Shown piece by piece: positions 36,159-47,469 of a stretch of 64,000 bases of DNA. Within the stretch, counting starts at the first letter, position 1, and each line of letters opens with the position of its first letter. The stretch is taken from contig JAGCVH010000054.1 in NCBI GenBank assembly GCA_017962495.1, positions 6,572 to 70,571 of the forward strand, written 5' to 3'. The notes below the pieces were generated by a model. It made no database searches. It saw only the letters and a program-made list of their open reading frames with translations, and was not told the DNA's origin. The DNA comes from Bacteroidaceae bacterium. Lineage in GTDB: Bacteria > Bacteroidota > Bacteroidia > Bacteroidales > Bacteroidaceae. The position numbers were made by a program, and so were the translations under genes.

Positions 36159-37534
36159 GCCTTTTCGTTCAGTATCTGGGTGATTTCTTGGGCATAGTCT
36201 TCGATATCGCCTGCTCCAAGTGTGACAAGAACGTCAAAACCTCCACGACGCACGATGTCGGGAATCTCCTCCTTGTGGCACATCTCTCTCTTCATGTCTT
36301 GGCGCAGGTTGTCATAGATGAGTTTGCTGGTAATACCAGGGATGGGTAATTCTCGGGCAGGATAGATGTCGACTATTGTTACGTCGTCGAGCAATGAAAG
36401 TGCATCGGCAAATTCACGATAGAAGTCACGCGTACGACTATACAGATGGGGTTGGAAGATTGCTTTTACACGTCGGCCTTCATACAACTGCTTTACACTG
36501 AGTACACTCTGGCGTATCTCCTCGGGATGGTGTGCATAGTCGCTCAGGTAAACCATCTTGGGAGTGCGTACGTGAAAATCAAAGCGACGGTCAACCCCAC
36601 TAAACGAAGCCATTCCCTGACGAATTTCTTCCTCTGTTGCTCCAGCCAGCTGAGCCAGTGCCATTGCGGCAATGCCATTCTCAATATTCACAGTGACGGG
36701 AACTCCCAGGTTGATTCCTTGAATGTTACCTAATGGGGAAATGAAGTCGAAAGTAATTTCACCATTGCCTATTTTTACATTCTCGGCATGGAAATCACCA
36801 TTGTCTCGGCTATAGGTGTAGGTAGTTACTCCTTCCTTTGTGTCGGGTTGCATCTTCAGTCCTGTGTGTAGGATGAGATAGCCGCCCGTTTGTATGAGAC
36901 TGGTGTAATGACGGAAACTTTCAAGATAGGCTTCTTCTGTTCCGTATATGTCCAAATGATCGGCATCGGTGCTGGTAACAACCGTCGCCCATGGACGAAG
37001 CCAATGGAACGAGCGGTCAAACTCGTCGGCTTCTATGACAACGAACTCACTCTTTGTACTAAGGATGTAATTTGTGCCATAGTTCTTCGTGATGCCACCC
37101 AAGAAGGCATTGCAGTCAACATGGCTTTGGTGTAATAAGTGGGCTGCCATCGAACTGGTTGTGGTCTTACCGTGTGTGCCAGCTACGCAAAGACCCTTAA
37201 GGGTGCGGGTAAGCGTGCCTAGAACTTGTGCGCGTTTTTGCAGGTCGAAGCCATTGCGCTTGAAATACTGCAGTTCGGCATGTTCGGCAGGAATGGCTGG
37301 AGTGTAAACAATGAGACAAGTGTCGGGGTCGAGGCATTCGGTGGGAATCAGTCCGATATTCTCTTCGTAATGTATGTGCGCGCCTTCTTCAACAAGGCGT
37401 TTGGTAAGGTCGGTGGGTGTTTTATCATAGCCACCCACGGTAAGTCCTTGATTAAGGAAATAGCGGGCTATAGCACTCATACCAATGCCGCCAATGCCAA
37501 TGAAATATACTGCTTTTATTTGTGATGCTTCCAT
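36155..37534 (-). CDS. murC: UDP-N-acetylmuramate--L-alanine ligase
   Basis: Mur ligase P-loop (GTHGKTTTSSM) and MurC N-terminus (VYFIGIGGIGMSAIA). Confidence 0.95.
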   Translation of the reverse strand: MEASQIKAVYFIGIGGIGMSAIARYFLNQGLTVGGYDKTPTDLTKRLVEEGAHIHYEENIGLIPTECLDPDTCLIVYTPAIPAEHAELQYFKRNGFDLQKRAQVLGTLTRTLKGLCVAGTHGKTTTSSMAAHLLHQSHVDCNAFLGGITKNYGTNYILSTKSEFVVIEADEFDRSFHWLRPWATVVTSTDADHLDIYGTEEAYLESFRHYTSLIQTGGYLILHTGLKMQPDTKEGVTTYTYSRDNGDFHAENVKIGNGEITFDFISPLGNIQGINLGVPVTVNIENGIAAMALAQLAGATEEEIRQGMASFSGVDRRFDFHVRTPKMVYLSDYAHHPEEIRQSVLSVKQLYEGRRVKAIFQPHLYSRTRDFYREFADALSLLDDVTIVDIYPARELPIPGITSKLIYDNLRQDMKREMCHKEEIPDIVRRGGFDVLVTLGAGDIEDYAQEITQILNEKA

Positions 37535-37536
37535 AA

Positions 37537-38655
37537 TTAATGTTCTGCTCTCTTTGCGAGTTTGATAACTTCCTGTGCGATAATCTTAGCCGAATCCTTA
37601 TAGGCCATCTTGTAAGCGTTTTCCCCAAATGCCTTCAGGCGTTCTGGGTTCGTTACGGTCTCCATAGCCAGAGGAATCAGTTTTTCTTGTGCCTCTGCAT
37701 CCTTAATCATCAATGCGGCATCCTTCTTGACAAGGGCCATAGCGTTACACGTTTGGTGGTCTTCTGCAACATTGGGCGAAGGAACCAGGATGGAGGGTTT
37801 GCCCAAGAGGCACAATTCACTTATGCTACTAGCGCCTGCGCGTGAGATGACTAAGTCGGAAGCCTTATAGGCTTGGTCCATACGAGCAATGAAGTCGGTA
37901 ACGTATAGGTTCTCGGGTTTGCCTGTTTCCTCCAAGGTTTCTTGGATCTTCTTATAATAAGAACTGCCCGTTTGCCAGATGAATTGTATACGCGATTTTT
38001 TAATGATGCTCAAGTTCTTTAATACGCTTTCGTTAATCGTGCGTGCTCCTAAACTGCCTCCGATAATAAGAACTGTAGGCAGGTCAGGCTCTAAACCAAA
38101 GATTGCCGATGATTCGGTCTTTGTAAGGGTAGGGTCGAGTAGACCTTGGCGAACAGGATTGCCAGTAAGGATGATGTTTTCTTTGGGGAAGAAACGTTCC
38201 ATGCCTTCATAGGCCACGCATATCTTTTGTGCCTTCTTGGCCAAGGTCTTGTTTGTCAGTCCGGCATACGAGTTTTGCTCTTGGATGAGACAAGGAATAC
38301 CCAACTCATAGGCCGCATTCAATGTGGCACTGCTCGCATAACCTCCTACGCCTACGGCTACATCAGGCTTGAAATCCCGTAAGGTCTTCTTGGCTATGCG
38401 TTTACTCTTTAGGAAATCGATAACCACACCAATGTTGGCAGGCTTCCACAAAGGACGATATAACCCGCGAATGGGTAGTCCCACAATTTCGTATCCCGCA
38501 GAGGGTACGCGCTGCATCTCCATGCGCCCTTCGGCGCCAACGAAAAGTACCTTTGTACGAGGCTCTATTTCACGGATAGCGTTGGCAATGCTTATGGCGG
38601 GGAAGATATGGCCTCCCGTTCCGCCTCCGCTTATGATGATTTTTAGTTCGCTCAT
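37537..38655 (-). CDS. murG: Undecaprenyldiphospho-muramoylpentapeptide beta-N-acetylglucosaminyltransferase
   Basis: GT28 motifs (ISGGGTGGHIFPA, GGSLGARTIN), in the conserved dcw position. Confidence 0.95.
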   Translation of the reverse strand: MSELKIIISGGGTGGHIFPAISIANAIREIEPRTKVLFVGAEGRMEMQRVPSAGYEIVGLPIRGLYRPLWKPANIGVVIDFLKSKRIAKKTLRDFKPDVAVGVGGYASSATLNAAYELGIPCLIQEQNSYAGLTNKTLAKKAQKICVAYEGMERFFPKENIILTGNPVRQGLLDPTLTKTESSAIFGLEPDLPTVLIIGGSLGARTINESVLKNLSIIKKSRIQFIWQTGSSYYKKIQETLEETGKPENLYVTDFIARMDQAYKASDLVISRAGASSISELCLLGKPSILVPSPNVAEDHQTCNAMALVKKDAALMIKDAEAQEKLIPLAMETVTNPERLKAFGENAYKMAYKDSAKIIAQEVIKLAKRAEH

Positions 38656-39869
38656 TATATTTCAGTTTGCTCTGGTTTTTCTTCTATCTTTTTAGCTGTA
38701 TAACTTACGCTTAATATCATTCCTATATAGGCACAGGTGATGAATGTAGACGTTCCTCCCTTTGACACTAATGGTAAGGGTTGTCCCGTTACAGGCATAG
38801 CTCCTACGCTTACTGCCATGTTGACCATGGCTTGTACGACAAGCATCAACGACAGTCCCATTGCCAGATAAGCAGGGAACCGATTTCGACAGCGTTCGGC
38901 TATGCGCATGGCTCGATAAAGCAACAACAGATAAAGGAACATGACCAATATGCCCCCTTCAATACCGGCTTCTTCGATGATGATGGCATATATGAAGTCG
39001 CTGACAGCATGGGGAAGGAAGTCGCGTTCCACGCTTTGACCAGGCCCTTTTCCTACAACATTACATGTTGCAACGGCAATGCGTGCATGTGTCACTTGTA
39101 CATTATCGTGAATGTTATATTCTGCAGGGTCGTTGGGTAGGTCACTTCCGCTCTTGATGCGATTCGACCAAGTCTCAAAACGATGCAGCATGGGCAATTC
39201 ACTGACTTTATGAGCCGTTCGGTCAGGAGTAAACTTTAATATGCTATAGCCCAATCCACCTACAGCGACTATGCTGATGATGACTATCCACATCCATTTC
39301 TTTGGAGCTTGGGCATACCAGGTCATAAGGAACATGACGATAAAGATGATGCTGGCTGTGGAGAAATTCTCACCAACGATAAGCAGGCAGATGACTCCTG
39401 TAAGTAAAGCCACACAATTGAAAGCCAACTGTGAAGCTCCGCCCGTCGTTTTGTCTCGGAATGTAGCCAAGAGCATGGCCACAGTACCCACTAGGGAAAT
39501 CTTGGCGAACTCTGACGGTTGTATAGTAATGCCAAAGATACGAATCCATCGTGCAGCATCGTTAATGCTTCCCATGAACAATACTACGATGAGCAGAATA
39601 AAGGAGACAAATAGTCCCAAGACACTTAAGAATTTGAAACTCTTACATGGCATCTTGTGTATGAGCCAAGTAATGAACAAGCCGATGGCGACATATGAGG
39701 TATGCTCGACCACGGGTCCCCAATAGTGTCCTGAGCTATAGGTCATTCGGCTCGACGCACTGTAAACCTCAACAATGGATATCATGCAAAGCGCCAGTAA
39801 TATCATCCACACGACACTATCGCCTTGCAGGAATCCTTCTTTCTGTATTTTGATGCCAGATAGCTTCAT
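38655..39869 (-). CDS. ftsW: FtsW/SEDS-family peptidoglycan glycosyltransferase
   Basis: 404-aa polytopic SEDS protein (PLPLVSKGGTS motif) between murD and murG. Confidence 0.92.
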   Translation of the reverse strand: MKLSGIKIQKEGFLQGDSVVWMILLALCMISIVEVYSASSRMTYSSGHYWGPVVEHTSYVAIGLFITWLIHKMPCKSFKFLSVLGLFVSFILLIVVLFMGSINDAARWIRIFGITIQPSEFAKISLVGTVAMLLATFRDKTTGGASQLAFNCVALLTGVICLLIVGENFSTASIIFIVMFLMTWYAQAPKKWMWIVIISIVAVGGLGYSILKFTPDRTAHKVSELPMLHRFETWSNRIKSGSDLPNDPAEYNIHDNVQVTHARIAVATCNVVGKGPGQSVERDFLPHAVSDFIYAIIIEEAGIEGGILVMFLYLLLLYRAMRIAERCRNRFPAYLAMGLSLMLVVQAMVNMAVSVGAMPVTGQPLPLVSKGGTSTFITCAYIGMILSVSYTAKKIEEKPEQTEI

Positions 39870-39888
39870 CTTCTAATTATCTTACCTT

Positions 39889-41214
39889 TTATATATTGCA
39901 TGTGCGTACGAGGGACTTGAATTGTTCGCCTCGGTCTTCCATGTTCTTGAATAAATCAAAACTTGCACAGCACGGGCTCAACAACACCACATCACCTGCT
40001 TTTGCCATACGCATGCAAGCCTCAACGCAATCCTTCATGCTATGGGTATCAGCAACGGGTAGTCCTAGATGGTCGAATGACTGATGTAGTTTCTCGTTAT
40101 CAGCTCCCAGATATACCAGTCCGGCACACTTCTCTTTCACGATGTCGTATAGCACAGAATAGTCGTTGCCTTTATCGCGTCCGCCTACGATGAGGATGGT
40201 GGGACGATCCATGGCTTGCAGAGCCACAAAGCAAGCATCGACATTTGTTGCTTTCGAGTCATTGATGTACAAGACCCCATCGCGTTCTATTACACGTTCC
40301 AATCGGTGCTCCACACCAGGGAAGTCTTTGAGACATTGACGAATGAGGTTGTCAGGAGCACCAGCCTTCTTGGTGGCAAGAAAAGCAGCCAAAGCATTGC
40401 GCTTATTGTGTTGCCCCATTTGAGAGAATGTCAGATTAAGACTCTCAAAATCACTGTCCTTGAAAGGGCACAATGTGGGCTTGCCTTCTCTTACCGGTTG
40501 TGATGAGGGCGTGGGTTTGGGACGATAGCCTTCGGCACGCTTGTGTAATTCATTTTCGATATGCTCGTCTTGTTGCCAGAAGACAAAGATGTCTTTGTCG
40601 GTTTGATTCTGGATAATGCGCATCTTCGAATCGACATAGTTCTGCAGATTAAACTCGTATCGGTCCAGATGGTCTGGAGTAATGTTCATGAGTACAGCAA
40701 TATCTGCACGGAACTTGAACATATTATCGAGTTGGAAAGAACTAATCTCTAATACATACCAGTCGTGATCCTCTTCTGCAACCTGTAAGGCATATGAGTG
40801 ACCTATGTTCCCAGCTAAACCAACATCGACGCCCCATTGCTTCATGATGTAATAGATGAGGCTTGTGGTTGTGGTCTTGCCATTTGAGCCTGTGATGCAT
40901 ATGGTCTTACCATGACTGTATGGTTGGGCAAATTCCAATTCAGAGAGAATGGGCGTTCCCTGATTAATAAGCTTGCGTATGATGGGGGCCGTATCAGGTA
41001 TGCCAGGACTCTTTACTGTAGTTTCGGCATCTAAGATGCGGGCTTCGGTATGCCCACCCTCTTCCCATTGTATATGATGTGAATCGAGTTGCTCTTTATA
41101 ATGGTCCTTGATGACGCCCATGTCGCTGACAAACACATCCCATCCTTGCTTTTGTGCGAGGATGGCTGTGCCTATTCCGCTCTCTGCGGCACCAAGTATA
41201 ACAATCTTTCTCAT
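39889..41214 (-). CDS. murD: UDP-N-acetylmuramoylalanine--D-glutamate ligase
   Basis: Mur ligase P-loop (ITGSNGKTTTTS) in the dcw position between mraY and ftsW. Confidence 0.95.
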   Translation of the reverse strand: MRKIVILGAAESGIGTAILAQKQGWDVFVSDMGVIKDHYKEQLDSHHIQWEEGGHTEARILDAETTVKSPGIPDTAPIIRKLINQGTPILSELEFAQPYSHGKTICITGSNGKTTTTSLIYYIMKQWGVDVGLAGNIGHSYALQVAEEDHDWYVLEISSFQLDNMFKFRADIAVLMNITPDHLDRYEFNLQNYVDSKMRIIQNQTDKDIFVFWQQDEHIENELHKRAEGYRPKPTPSSQPVREGKPTLCPFKDSDFESLNLTFSQMGQHNKRNALAAFLATKKAGAPDNLIRQCLKDFPGVEHRLERVIERDGVLYINDSKATNVDACFVALQAMDRPTILIVGGRDKGNDYSVLYDIVKEKCAGLVYLGADNEKLHQSFDHLGLPVADTHSMKDCVEACMRMAKAGDVVLLSPCCASFDLFKNMEDRGEQFKSLVRTCNI

Positions 41215-41229
41215 ATTCTCACTCTCTCT

Positions 41230-42492
41230 TTATCTAATCTTCAGCGTTATTATAGCTAATGCTGATGTGATGACGGTCACAATCCAGAAACGGGTGGTGA
41301 TTTTAGACTCCAACCAGCAACCCTTAGGCCAGTTCCACAAGATTCGTAAGTCGGGGGATAACTGACCAGGTTTGATGCGGAATGCATCGTGTATAGGCGC
41401 ACGCTTGAAGACCCTCCATTTCAGTCCTCTGCGGTTACCCATTTTGGCATAGTTGGTTTGTAATAGCACACTGACACTTTCACACAAGAACACGAAACAC
41501 AATACGGGAATAAGTAGTTCCTTGTGGATGATGACACATATCACAGCAATTATACCACCAATGGCCAAACTACCCGTATCACCCATGAATACCTGAGCTG
41601 GATAGGCATTATACCAAAGGAATCCTATTAGTCCACCCATGAAGGCCATGAGGAAGATTACCAGTTCCTCACTTCCTGGCACATACATGATATTGAGGTA
41701 TGAGGCCATTCCAATATGACTACTCGTATAGGTTAGGATAGCAAGCGCAAAGACAATGATGGCCGAGTTTCCGGCACACATACCGTCCATGCCATCGTTC
41801 AAGTTTGAACCATTGCTGACAGCCATGACCACAAAGGTGGTGACAAAGACAAAAAGAATCCATCCGGCAGCATTCTTATATTTGCCTGTCCAATTCATCG
41901 CTTCCGAATAACTGAGGTTGTTGTTCTTGACGAAGGGAATCGTGGTAATAGTGCTTTTAACGGGTTCGCTCTTGTATACGACTTCTGTTCCGTTTTCGTT
42001 AGAAACCTGTACGTTCTCTCGAATCACAGCGTCAGGACTAAGCCATAACGTCAGTCCAATGCCAAGACCCAACAAAGCTTGACCTGCCAGTTTTAAGATA
42101 GGACGTAATCCGTCCTTCGAAATCTTCATCTTAATATAATCATCAACAAATCCAATGCCGCCCAACCATAGCGTGGTGACAATCATCAACAACATATAAA
42201 TGTTGCGCAAACGACCAAGCAACAAACAGGGAACCACTGTGGCAAGGATGATAATAATCCCACCCATCGTAGGCACCCCTTTCTTTTCCACACCATAGGG
42301 ATCAATGGTTATGTCGCGTTGGGCTTCGCTTGCATTGTGGCGCTTCATCCATTTGATGAAGTATTCGCCAAACCAGATGCTGATAATAAGCGAGAGCACC
42401 AAAGTGAGGATGGCGCGGAAGGAGATATAGGACCATAGGTGAGCTCCTGGTATTCCAAATTGACCGAGATATCGAAAGAGATAGTATAACAT
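41230..42492 (-). CDS. mraY: Phospho-N-acetylmuramoyl-pentapeptide transferase
   Basis: 420-aa polytopic protein with MraY motifs (PTMGG, NLNDGMDG, VFMGDTGSLAIGG). Confidence 0.96.
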   Translation of the reverse strand: MLYYLFRYLGQFGIPGAHLWSYISFRAILTLVLSLIISIWFGEYFIKWMKRHNASEAQRDITIDPYGVEKKGVPTMGGIIIILATVVPCLLLGRLRNIYMLLMIVTTLWLGGIGFVDDYIKMKISKDGLRPILKLAGQALLGLGIGLTLWLSPDAVIRENVQVSNENGTEVVYKSEPVKSTITTIPFVKNNNLSYSEAMNWTGKYKNAAGWILFVFVTTFVVMAVSNGSNLNDGMDGMCAGNSAIIVFALAILTYTSSHIGMASYLNIMYVPGSEELVIFLMAFMGGLIGFLWYNAYPAQVFMGDTGSLAIGGIIAVICVIIHKELLIPVLCFVFLCESVSVLLQTNYAKMGNRRGLKWRVFKRAPIHDAFRIKPGQLSPDLRILWNWPKGCWLESKITTRFWIVTVITSALAIITLKIR

Positions 42493-42526
42493 CTTTTAGT
42501 TACGATTACAAGTTTGTTCCCAATTA

Positions 42527-43984
42527 TCAACTTATTCCAAAGCACTCACGGATAACCTCATGGTCATCGAAGTGGTGCTTCACACCTTGTATGATTTGAT
42601 AGTCTTCGTGTCCTTTACCAGCCACCAATACAACATCTCCAGGCTTTGCCAACATGCATGCCGTGCGAATCGCTTCCCGACGGTCGACAATTGTTAGCAC
42701 TGTGCGACGCTCTTCGTCGGTTAGTCCGGCCAGCATATCATTTATGATGTCTTGTGGCTCTTCGAAACGAGGATTGTCGCTTGTGATTATGACGCGGTCG
42801 CTATTCCTGACGGCTTCCTGTGCCATAAGTGGACGTTTGCCTTTATCGCGATTACCACCTGCTCCACAAACAGTCCAACATTGCCCCTTCTTCTGTAGAA
42901 CTTCGTTGATTGTGGACAGGACATTGACCAAGGCGTCGGGCGTGTGTGCATAATCGACGATGGCAGTCACGCCTTCTCGACTGCGTATAGCCTCGAAGCG
43001 TCCATTAACGGGCTTCATCGTACTCAATGCAATAAGCACTTCTTCGGGATCTTTTCCCATCATGACAGCAGCACCATATACGGCCAGCAGATTGCTGACA
43101 TTAAAGCGTCCCACAAATTGTACAAAGACCTCTCTGCCATCGATGTTCAAGTTCATACCCTCGAACCCTTCTTCTAAGATGCGGGCTTTAAAGTCAGCAG
43201 ACGTGCGTTGGGCATAAGTGCGGACCGTTGCTTGAGTGTTTTGTACCATAAACATCCCATTCTTGTCATCAGCATTGGTGATCGCGAAAGCGCCTTGAGG
43301 CAACATGTCGAAGAATCCTTTCTTGGCATCGCGATAGGCTTCAAAGGTCTTGTGATAGTCCAGATGGTCGCGGGTAAGGTTTGTAAATAAACCTCCAGCA
43401 AAGGTTAGTCCTCCGATTCGGTGTTGTACAACGGCATGCGAACTTACCTCCATGAAGGCATATTGGCAACCCTCATCAGCCATTTGTCCCAAGAGGCGGT
43501 TGAGTGTGATAGGGTCTGGGGTAGTGCATTCCGTGGGGATGGGTCGTCCGTCGATGTAGTTGCAGACCGTACTGCACAATCCCACTTTGTATCCAAATTG
43601 ACGGAACATGGTGTAAAGCAAGGTTGCAATGGTGGTTTTCCCATTAGTGCCCGTCACACCGATAAGTTTCATTCGCTTTGTCGGGTCACCATAGAAATGT
43701 GTTGCCAATGCTCCAGCAATGCTTTCAGTGCTTTCGTATTGAACGAAGGTAACGCCTTCTTGCGGTTCTGCAGGAAGTGTCTCGCAAATGATGCAGGTTG
43801 CACCCAACTCCAATGCTTTGGGAATGAACTGATGCCCATCCACTTGCGTACCCTTCATGGCTATAAAGGCATTGCCTGGCCCGATACGTCTCGAGTCTAT
43901 TTCTATGCCCGTGACTTCGAGGTTGTCATTGCCGACAATTCTTAGGGGCTTCGTTTCTTCAATCAGTTGCTTTATTGTCATCAC
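42527..43984 (-). CDS. murE: UDP-N-acetylmuramoyl-L-alanyl-D-glutamate--2,6-diaminopimelate ligase
   Basis: Mur ligase P-loop (VTGTNGKTT) plus the DNPR motif (TSDNPRFE), which indicates meso-DAP specificity. Confidence 0.94.
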   Translation of the reverse strand: MMTIKQLIEETKPLRIVGNDNLEVTGIEIDSRRIGPGNAFIAMKGTQVDGHQFIPKALELGATCIICETLPAEPQEGVTFVQYESTESIAGALATHFYGDPTKRMKLIGVTGTNGKTTIATLLYTMFRQFGYKVGLCSTVCNYIDGRPIPTECTTPDPITLNRLLGQMADEGCQYAFMEVSSHAVVQHRIGGLTFAGGLFTNLTRDHLDYHKTFEAYRDAKKGFFDMLPQGAFAITNADDKNGMFMVQNTQATVRTYAQRTSADFKARILEEGFEGMNLNIDGREVFVQFVGRFNVSNLLAVYGAAVMMGKDPEEVLIALSTMKPVNGRFEAIRSREGVTAIVDYAHTPDALVNVLSTINEVLQKKGQCWTVCGAGGNRDKGKRPLMAQEAVRNSDRVIITSDNPRFEEPQDIINDMLAGLTDEERRTVLTIVDRREAIRTACMLAKPGDVVLVAGKGHEDYQIIQGVKHHFDDHEVIRECFGIS

Positions 43985-44011
43985 TCTCTAAATTATCCTT
44001 ATAAGATGTTT

Positions 44012-46060
44012 TTATTTTAGGTTTAATGTAATTGTTCGTCCTTTTGCATTTTTAGTGCCGGCAGGTATGCTTTGTTCTTGTACGATACCTTTTCCTCTTA
44101 AGCGTACTTTCAGTCCCACGCTTTGCAAGGCATAAACGGCTTTGCGTGCACCCATTCCCACTACATCAGGAACTTCTCCTGCCACCACATTGGTTTTCTC
44201 TCGAACCAGTTCGGGGGTAAAGATGCTGGTGGAGTCTGAGGCCTCGCGTGGGTCGCGATATACGCCTTGGTTCATCACCAATTGGCTGATTTCACTGAAC
44301 ACAGGTCCGCATTGCCCTCCTCCTGATGCAGGAAGGCCACGCTTGCGGATGCAAACGATGCACGAATACTTTGGATCGTCGCTGGGGAAGTATCCGCAGA
44401 AGCTTACCATATAGGCGTGGCTGGCATAGCTTCCGTTCTCGGCCACCTGCGCTGTTCCAGTCTTTCCGCTTACCTTGAAGCGCTTGTTGCCGGCTTTCTT
44501 ACCCAATCCCTCACTGACCACTTTCTCAAGGATTGTACGAATGTCGCGTAGGGTATGGGGAGAGCAGATGCGTTCCTTGATGACCTCAACAGGGAACTCC
44601 CGTATGACTTGTCCGTTTTGCATTTCAGCCTTCACGAATCGTGGACGAACAAAGCGTCCGTTGTTCGCAATAGCATTGTAGAAAGCCACGGTGCTGATGG
44701 GAGGAATCATGGTCTCATAGCCGATACTCATCCACGCCAAAGCCGTCTTTGACCAGTTCCCCTTTATCTTGTCGGTGTTGGGCATTCGGACGCGTGGCTT
44801 TGCACCCATAGGCAATCCCAAATCAATACCCACACCAAGATTATAGAGCCCTTGAACGTATTTCTCAGGACAATCGTGATAGGCATCATCGATAAGGCGA
44901 CTCACGCCCACGTTTGAACTATATTCCAACACTTGAGTCACGTTCAGAGTGCCATATCCACCACGATGCCAGTTATGGTCCTTCATAGGTCTGCCATGCA
45001 TGATGTATATGCCGCTACCCGTCTCAACAGTGGTCTCAGGCGTAATCTTTCCATCTTCCAGAGCCACCATGATACTACCTGTCTTGAAGGTGGAACCAGG
45101 TTCCCATAGTGCATTGATGGCGTCGTTCTGTGCCTCGATATAGACGCTTTCGCCAGTTTGCTCGTTGCGATAGCGTGTCATGCTGACCATTGCTTTGATG
45201 TCGCCCGTCTTCACTTCCATCAGGATGACTACACCCTTGTCTCCGTTCACCTCTTTCAGTTTGTTGACGATTGCTTTTTCGGCAATGTCCTGCATAGTGA
45301 CGTCGATAGTTGATACCAAATCGTGTCCGTTGACGGGCTCTGTATCAAAGAAATCGACAGTTTGTTTATAGACGCGTGAACGGTGTTTTATGCCGTCCTG
45401 TCCACGCATGATGGTGTCATAGCACCATTCCAAGCCGCTTGTTCCACGTATGGAATCGGAGAGGGAGTCCTTAGCTACATCGCCTAATGTACGGCTGGCA
45501 AGCGAGCCATAAGGTTTCACGCGAAGCATGATGCGCTCTGGGTTGAAGCCGCCTTTCAAGGGCGTTTCACACAAAAGGGGAAGTTGCTTCACTTGCTTGT
45601 ACTGGATATAGCTTGCCATTCGAGGATAGAGGTTCCACGCATGTGAATTACGCTTTCTTCCCTCGAGGAAACGGTCTTTGAACCATTGTTTCGATTTGTC
45701 TGGGAATATGCGCGCCAATCCCTCGGCAATGCTATCGGCCTTGCAGTATATCATAGAGTCGCGCCAAGCTTGCGCCTTAACTCGGGCTGTCGAGTCTTTG
45801 TCAATGACAACATAATCCATGAACAGGCGATACTTGGGCAGTGAAGCCACCATTACTCGACCATCGGCAGACAGAATATTGCCTCGCATAGCAGGGACAA
45901 CAATGCTATCCGATTCGAATCGCTTGCCCACCTGCCGCCAGTAATCGGCCTGCACAAGCATGGTCTTCAGGGCTGTGCCTAAGATATACACCCCAATGAG
46001 ACACATACAAATCAGTATCACTCGGAAGCGCTTGATGGATTTTCTGTTATTGCTTGCCAT
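44012..46060 (-). CDS. ftsI: Penicillin-binding protein 3-like transpeptidase (FtsI) with a C-terminal PASTA-like domain
   Basis: 682 aa with an N-terminal TM helix and transpeptidase motifs STFK (PGSTFKTG), SSN (YSSNVG) and KTG (SGKTGTA). The last ~65 aa resemble a PASTA domain. Confidence 0.92.
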   Translation of the reverse strand: MASNNRKSIKRFRVILICMCLIGVYILGTALKTMLVQADYWRQVGKRFESDSIVVPAMRGNILSADGRVMVASLPKYRLFMDYVVIDKDSTARVKAQAWRDSMIYCKADSIAEGLARIFPDKSKQWFKDRFLEGRKRNSHAWNLYPRMASYIQYKQVKQLPLLCETPLKGGFNPERIMLRVKPYGSLASRTLGDVAKDSLSDSIRGTSGLEWCYDTIMRGQDGIKHRSRVYKQTVDFFDTEPVNGHDLVSTIDVTMQDIAEKAIVNKLKEVNGDKGVVILMEVKTGDIKAMVSMTRYRNEQTGESVYIEAQNDAINALWEPGSTFKTGSIMVALEDGKITPETTVETGSGIYIMHGRPMKDHNWHRGGYGTLNVTQVLEYSSNVGVSRLIDDAYHDCPEKYVQGLYNLGVGIDLGLPMGAKPRVRMPNTDKIKGNWSKTALAWMSIGYETMIPPISTVAFYNAIANNGRFVRPRFVKAEMQNGQVIREFPVEVIKERICSPHTLRDIRTILEKVVSEGLGKKAGNKRFKVSGKTGTAQVAENGSYASHAYMVSFCGYFPSDDPKYSCIVCIRKRGLPASGGGQCGPVFSEISQLVMNQGVYRDPREASDSTSIFTPELVREKTNVVAGEVPDVVGMGARKAVYALQSVGLKVRLRGKGIVQEQSIPAGTKNAKGRTITLNLK

Positions 46061-46066
46061 GTGTAC

Positions 46067-46495
46067 TTAATCATTGGGGTTAATGGTAAAAGGCGGTTCC
46101 TTGGGTGTGGTTATGGAACTGTCACCCATTGCCTTCAGTCGTTCTTCGATTTGGCTTTGACGTGTCTTCGTCGTTAACTCGCTTGAGCGGGTAAGTGAGC
46201 GGAAACGCCAGTCCTCCACTTCCTTTTGCAGTTGTTCCTTCTTGATGATTTCCTGCTGGGCTTGATAGCGATTGGTCACCATAAGCAATATGCCCGCCAG
46301 GATAAGTAATAGCAAAGGAATCTGGCGAAAAAACATTTCTCCGTCGATTTTTATCGAACGCACAACGTCGCCAATGCTTTTGCTTTCGTTGGCGTCCGAT
46401 TCACCCTCTGTGAAGAGAGAACCCCATAGGCGACGGCGTTGCTGTTGCCTTTGGCTCTTCACGTCCTCAGTATCTTTCTTCTTTATTTCGTCCAT
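46067..46495 (-). CDS. FtsL-like cell division protein
   Basis: 142 aa with a single TM helix followed by a coiled-coil, positioned between rsmH and ftsI. Confidence 0.75.
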   Translation of the reverse strand: MDEIKKKDTEDVKSQRQQQRRRLWGSLFTEGESDANESKSIGDVVRSIKIDGEMFFRQIPLLLLILAGILLMVTNRYQAQQEIIKKEQLQKEVEDWRFRSLTRSSELTTKTRQSQIEERLKAMGDSSITTPKEPPFTINPND

Positions 46496-46515
46496 TTACT
46501 CTGTACACTCAATTT

Positions 46516-47424
46516 TCAATTCTCCACTTTCTCCGCTACACGCAGCTTGGCACTACGACTGCGGGGATTTTGATTCTGTTCCTCTTCGCTTGGAACCTGC
46601 ATCTTCCCTACAGCACGTAAGGGTGCAAGAAAGTTCCCATATATGTCTTGTTCCACCTCGCCCTCGGGATTGCCGCTTCGCATAATGTTTTTCACCATGC
46701 GGTCTTCCAAGGAGTGGTAAGTAAGCACTACCAGTCGTCCTCCTGACGAAAGCAGGTTGGTGGCCGATGTCAACATTTGCCGCAAGGCCAGCATCTCACC
46801 GTTTACCTCTATGCGCAGTGCTTGAAACACGCGTGCCAAGTCTTTCTTTTCTCGCGACGGACCTACCAATGGACCCAACACCTGTGCTAATTCGCCAGTA
46901 GTGTTTATGGGGTTGATGGCGCGAGTCTTCACTATTGCGGCTGCCAGGCGTCGGCTTTGTTTAAGTTCGCCATACAGGTAGAAGATGTCGGCCAACTGGC
47001 TTTCCGTGTATGTGTTTACAACGGTGTGCGCTGTCAGGCGTGCGCGCTGATTCATGCGCATGTCAAGGGGCGCGTCGAAGCGAAAACTGAATCCGCGTTC
47101 TCCCTCGTCGAGATGATGACTGCTCACGCCAAGGTCTGCCAGTATCCCATCCACATGTTCGCACTCATAATACTGCATCCAGTTCTGCAAGTAACGGAAG
47201 TTGCTTCTCACAAAGGTGAAGCGCTCATCCTCGGGTGCTCCAGCCATAGCGTCCAGGTCTTGGTCGAAGCCGTATAGGTGTCCGCAAGGACCAAGGCGAT
47301 TAAGTATTTCTCTACTGTGTCCGCCACCTCCAAAGGTTACGTCTACATACACTCCGTCGGGTCTGATTTGCAGGCCGTCGAGTGCTTCTTCAAGCATTAC
47401 GGGAGTGTGGTAGTTGTAACTCAT
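46516..47424 (-). CDS. rsmH: 16S rRNA (cytosine1402-N4)-methyltransferase
   Basis: 302 aa starting HTPVMLEEALDGL, with a SAM-binding motif (DVTFGGGGHS). It is the first gene of the dcw cluster. Confidence 0.95.
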   Translation of the reverse strand: MSYNYHTPVMLEEALDGLQIRPDGVYVDVTFGGGGHSREILNRLGPCGHLYGFDQDLDAMAGAPEDERFTFVRSNFRYLQNWMQYYECEHVDGILADLGVSSHHLDEGERGFSFRFDAPLDMRMNQRARLTAHTVVNTYTESQLADIFYLYGELKQSRRLAAAIVKTRAINPINTTGELAQVLGPLVGPSREKKDLARVFQALRIEVNGEMLALRQMLTSATNLLSSGGRLVVLTYHSLEDRMVKNIMRSGNPEGEVEQDIYGNFLAPLRAVGKMQVPSEEEQNQNPRSRSAKLRVAEKVEN

Positions 47425-47461
47425 TTTCAGCTAAAATCCTATATTCGTTGATATTCGGGCG

Positions 47462-47469
47462 TAAAGGTA
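47462..47469 (-). promoter_or_regulatory. Near-consensus Bacteroidetes -7 box (TACCTTTA) directly upstream of rsmH
   Basis: Minus-strand TACCTTTA lies 37 nt upstream of the rsmH ATG, with one mismatch to TAnnTTTG. Confidence 0.4.
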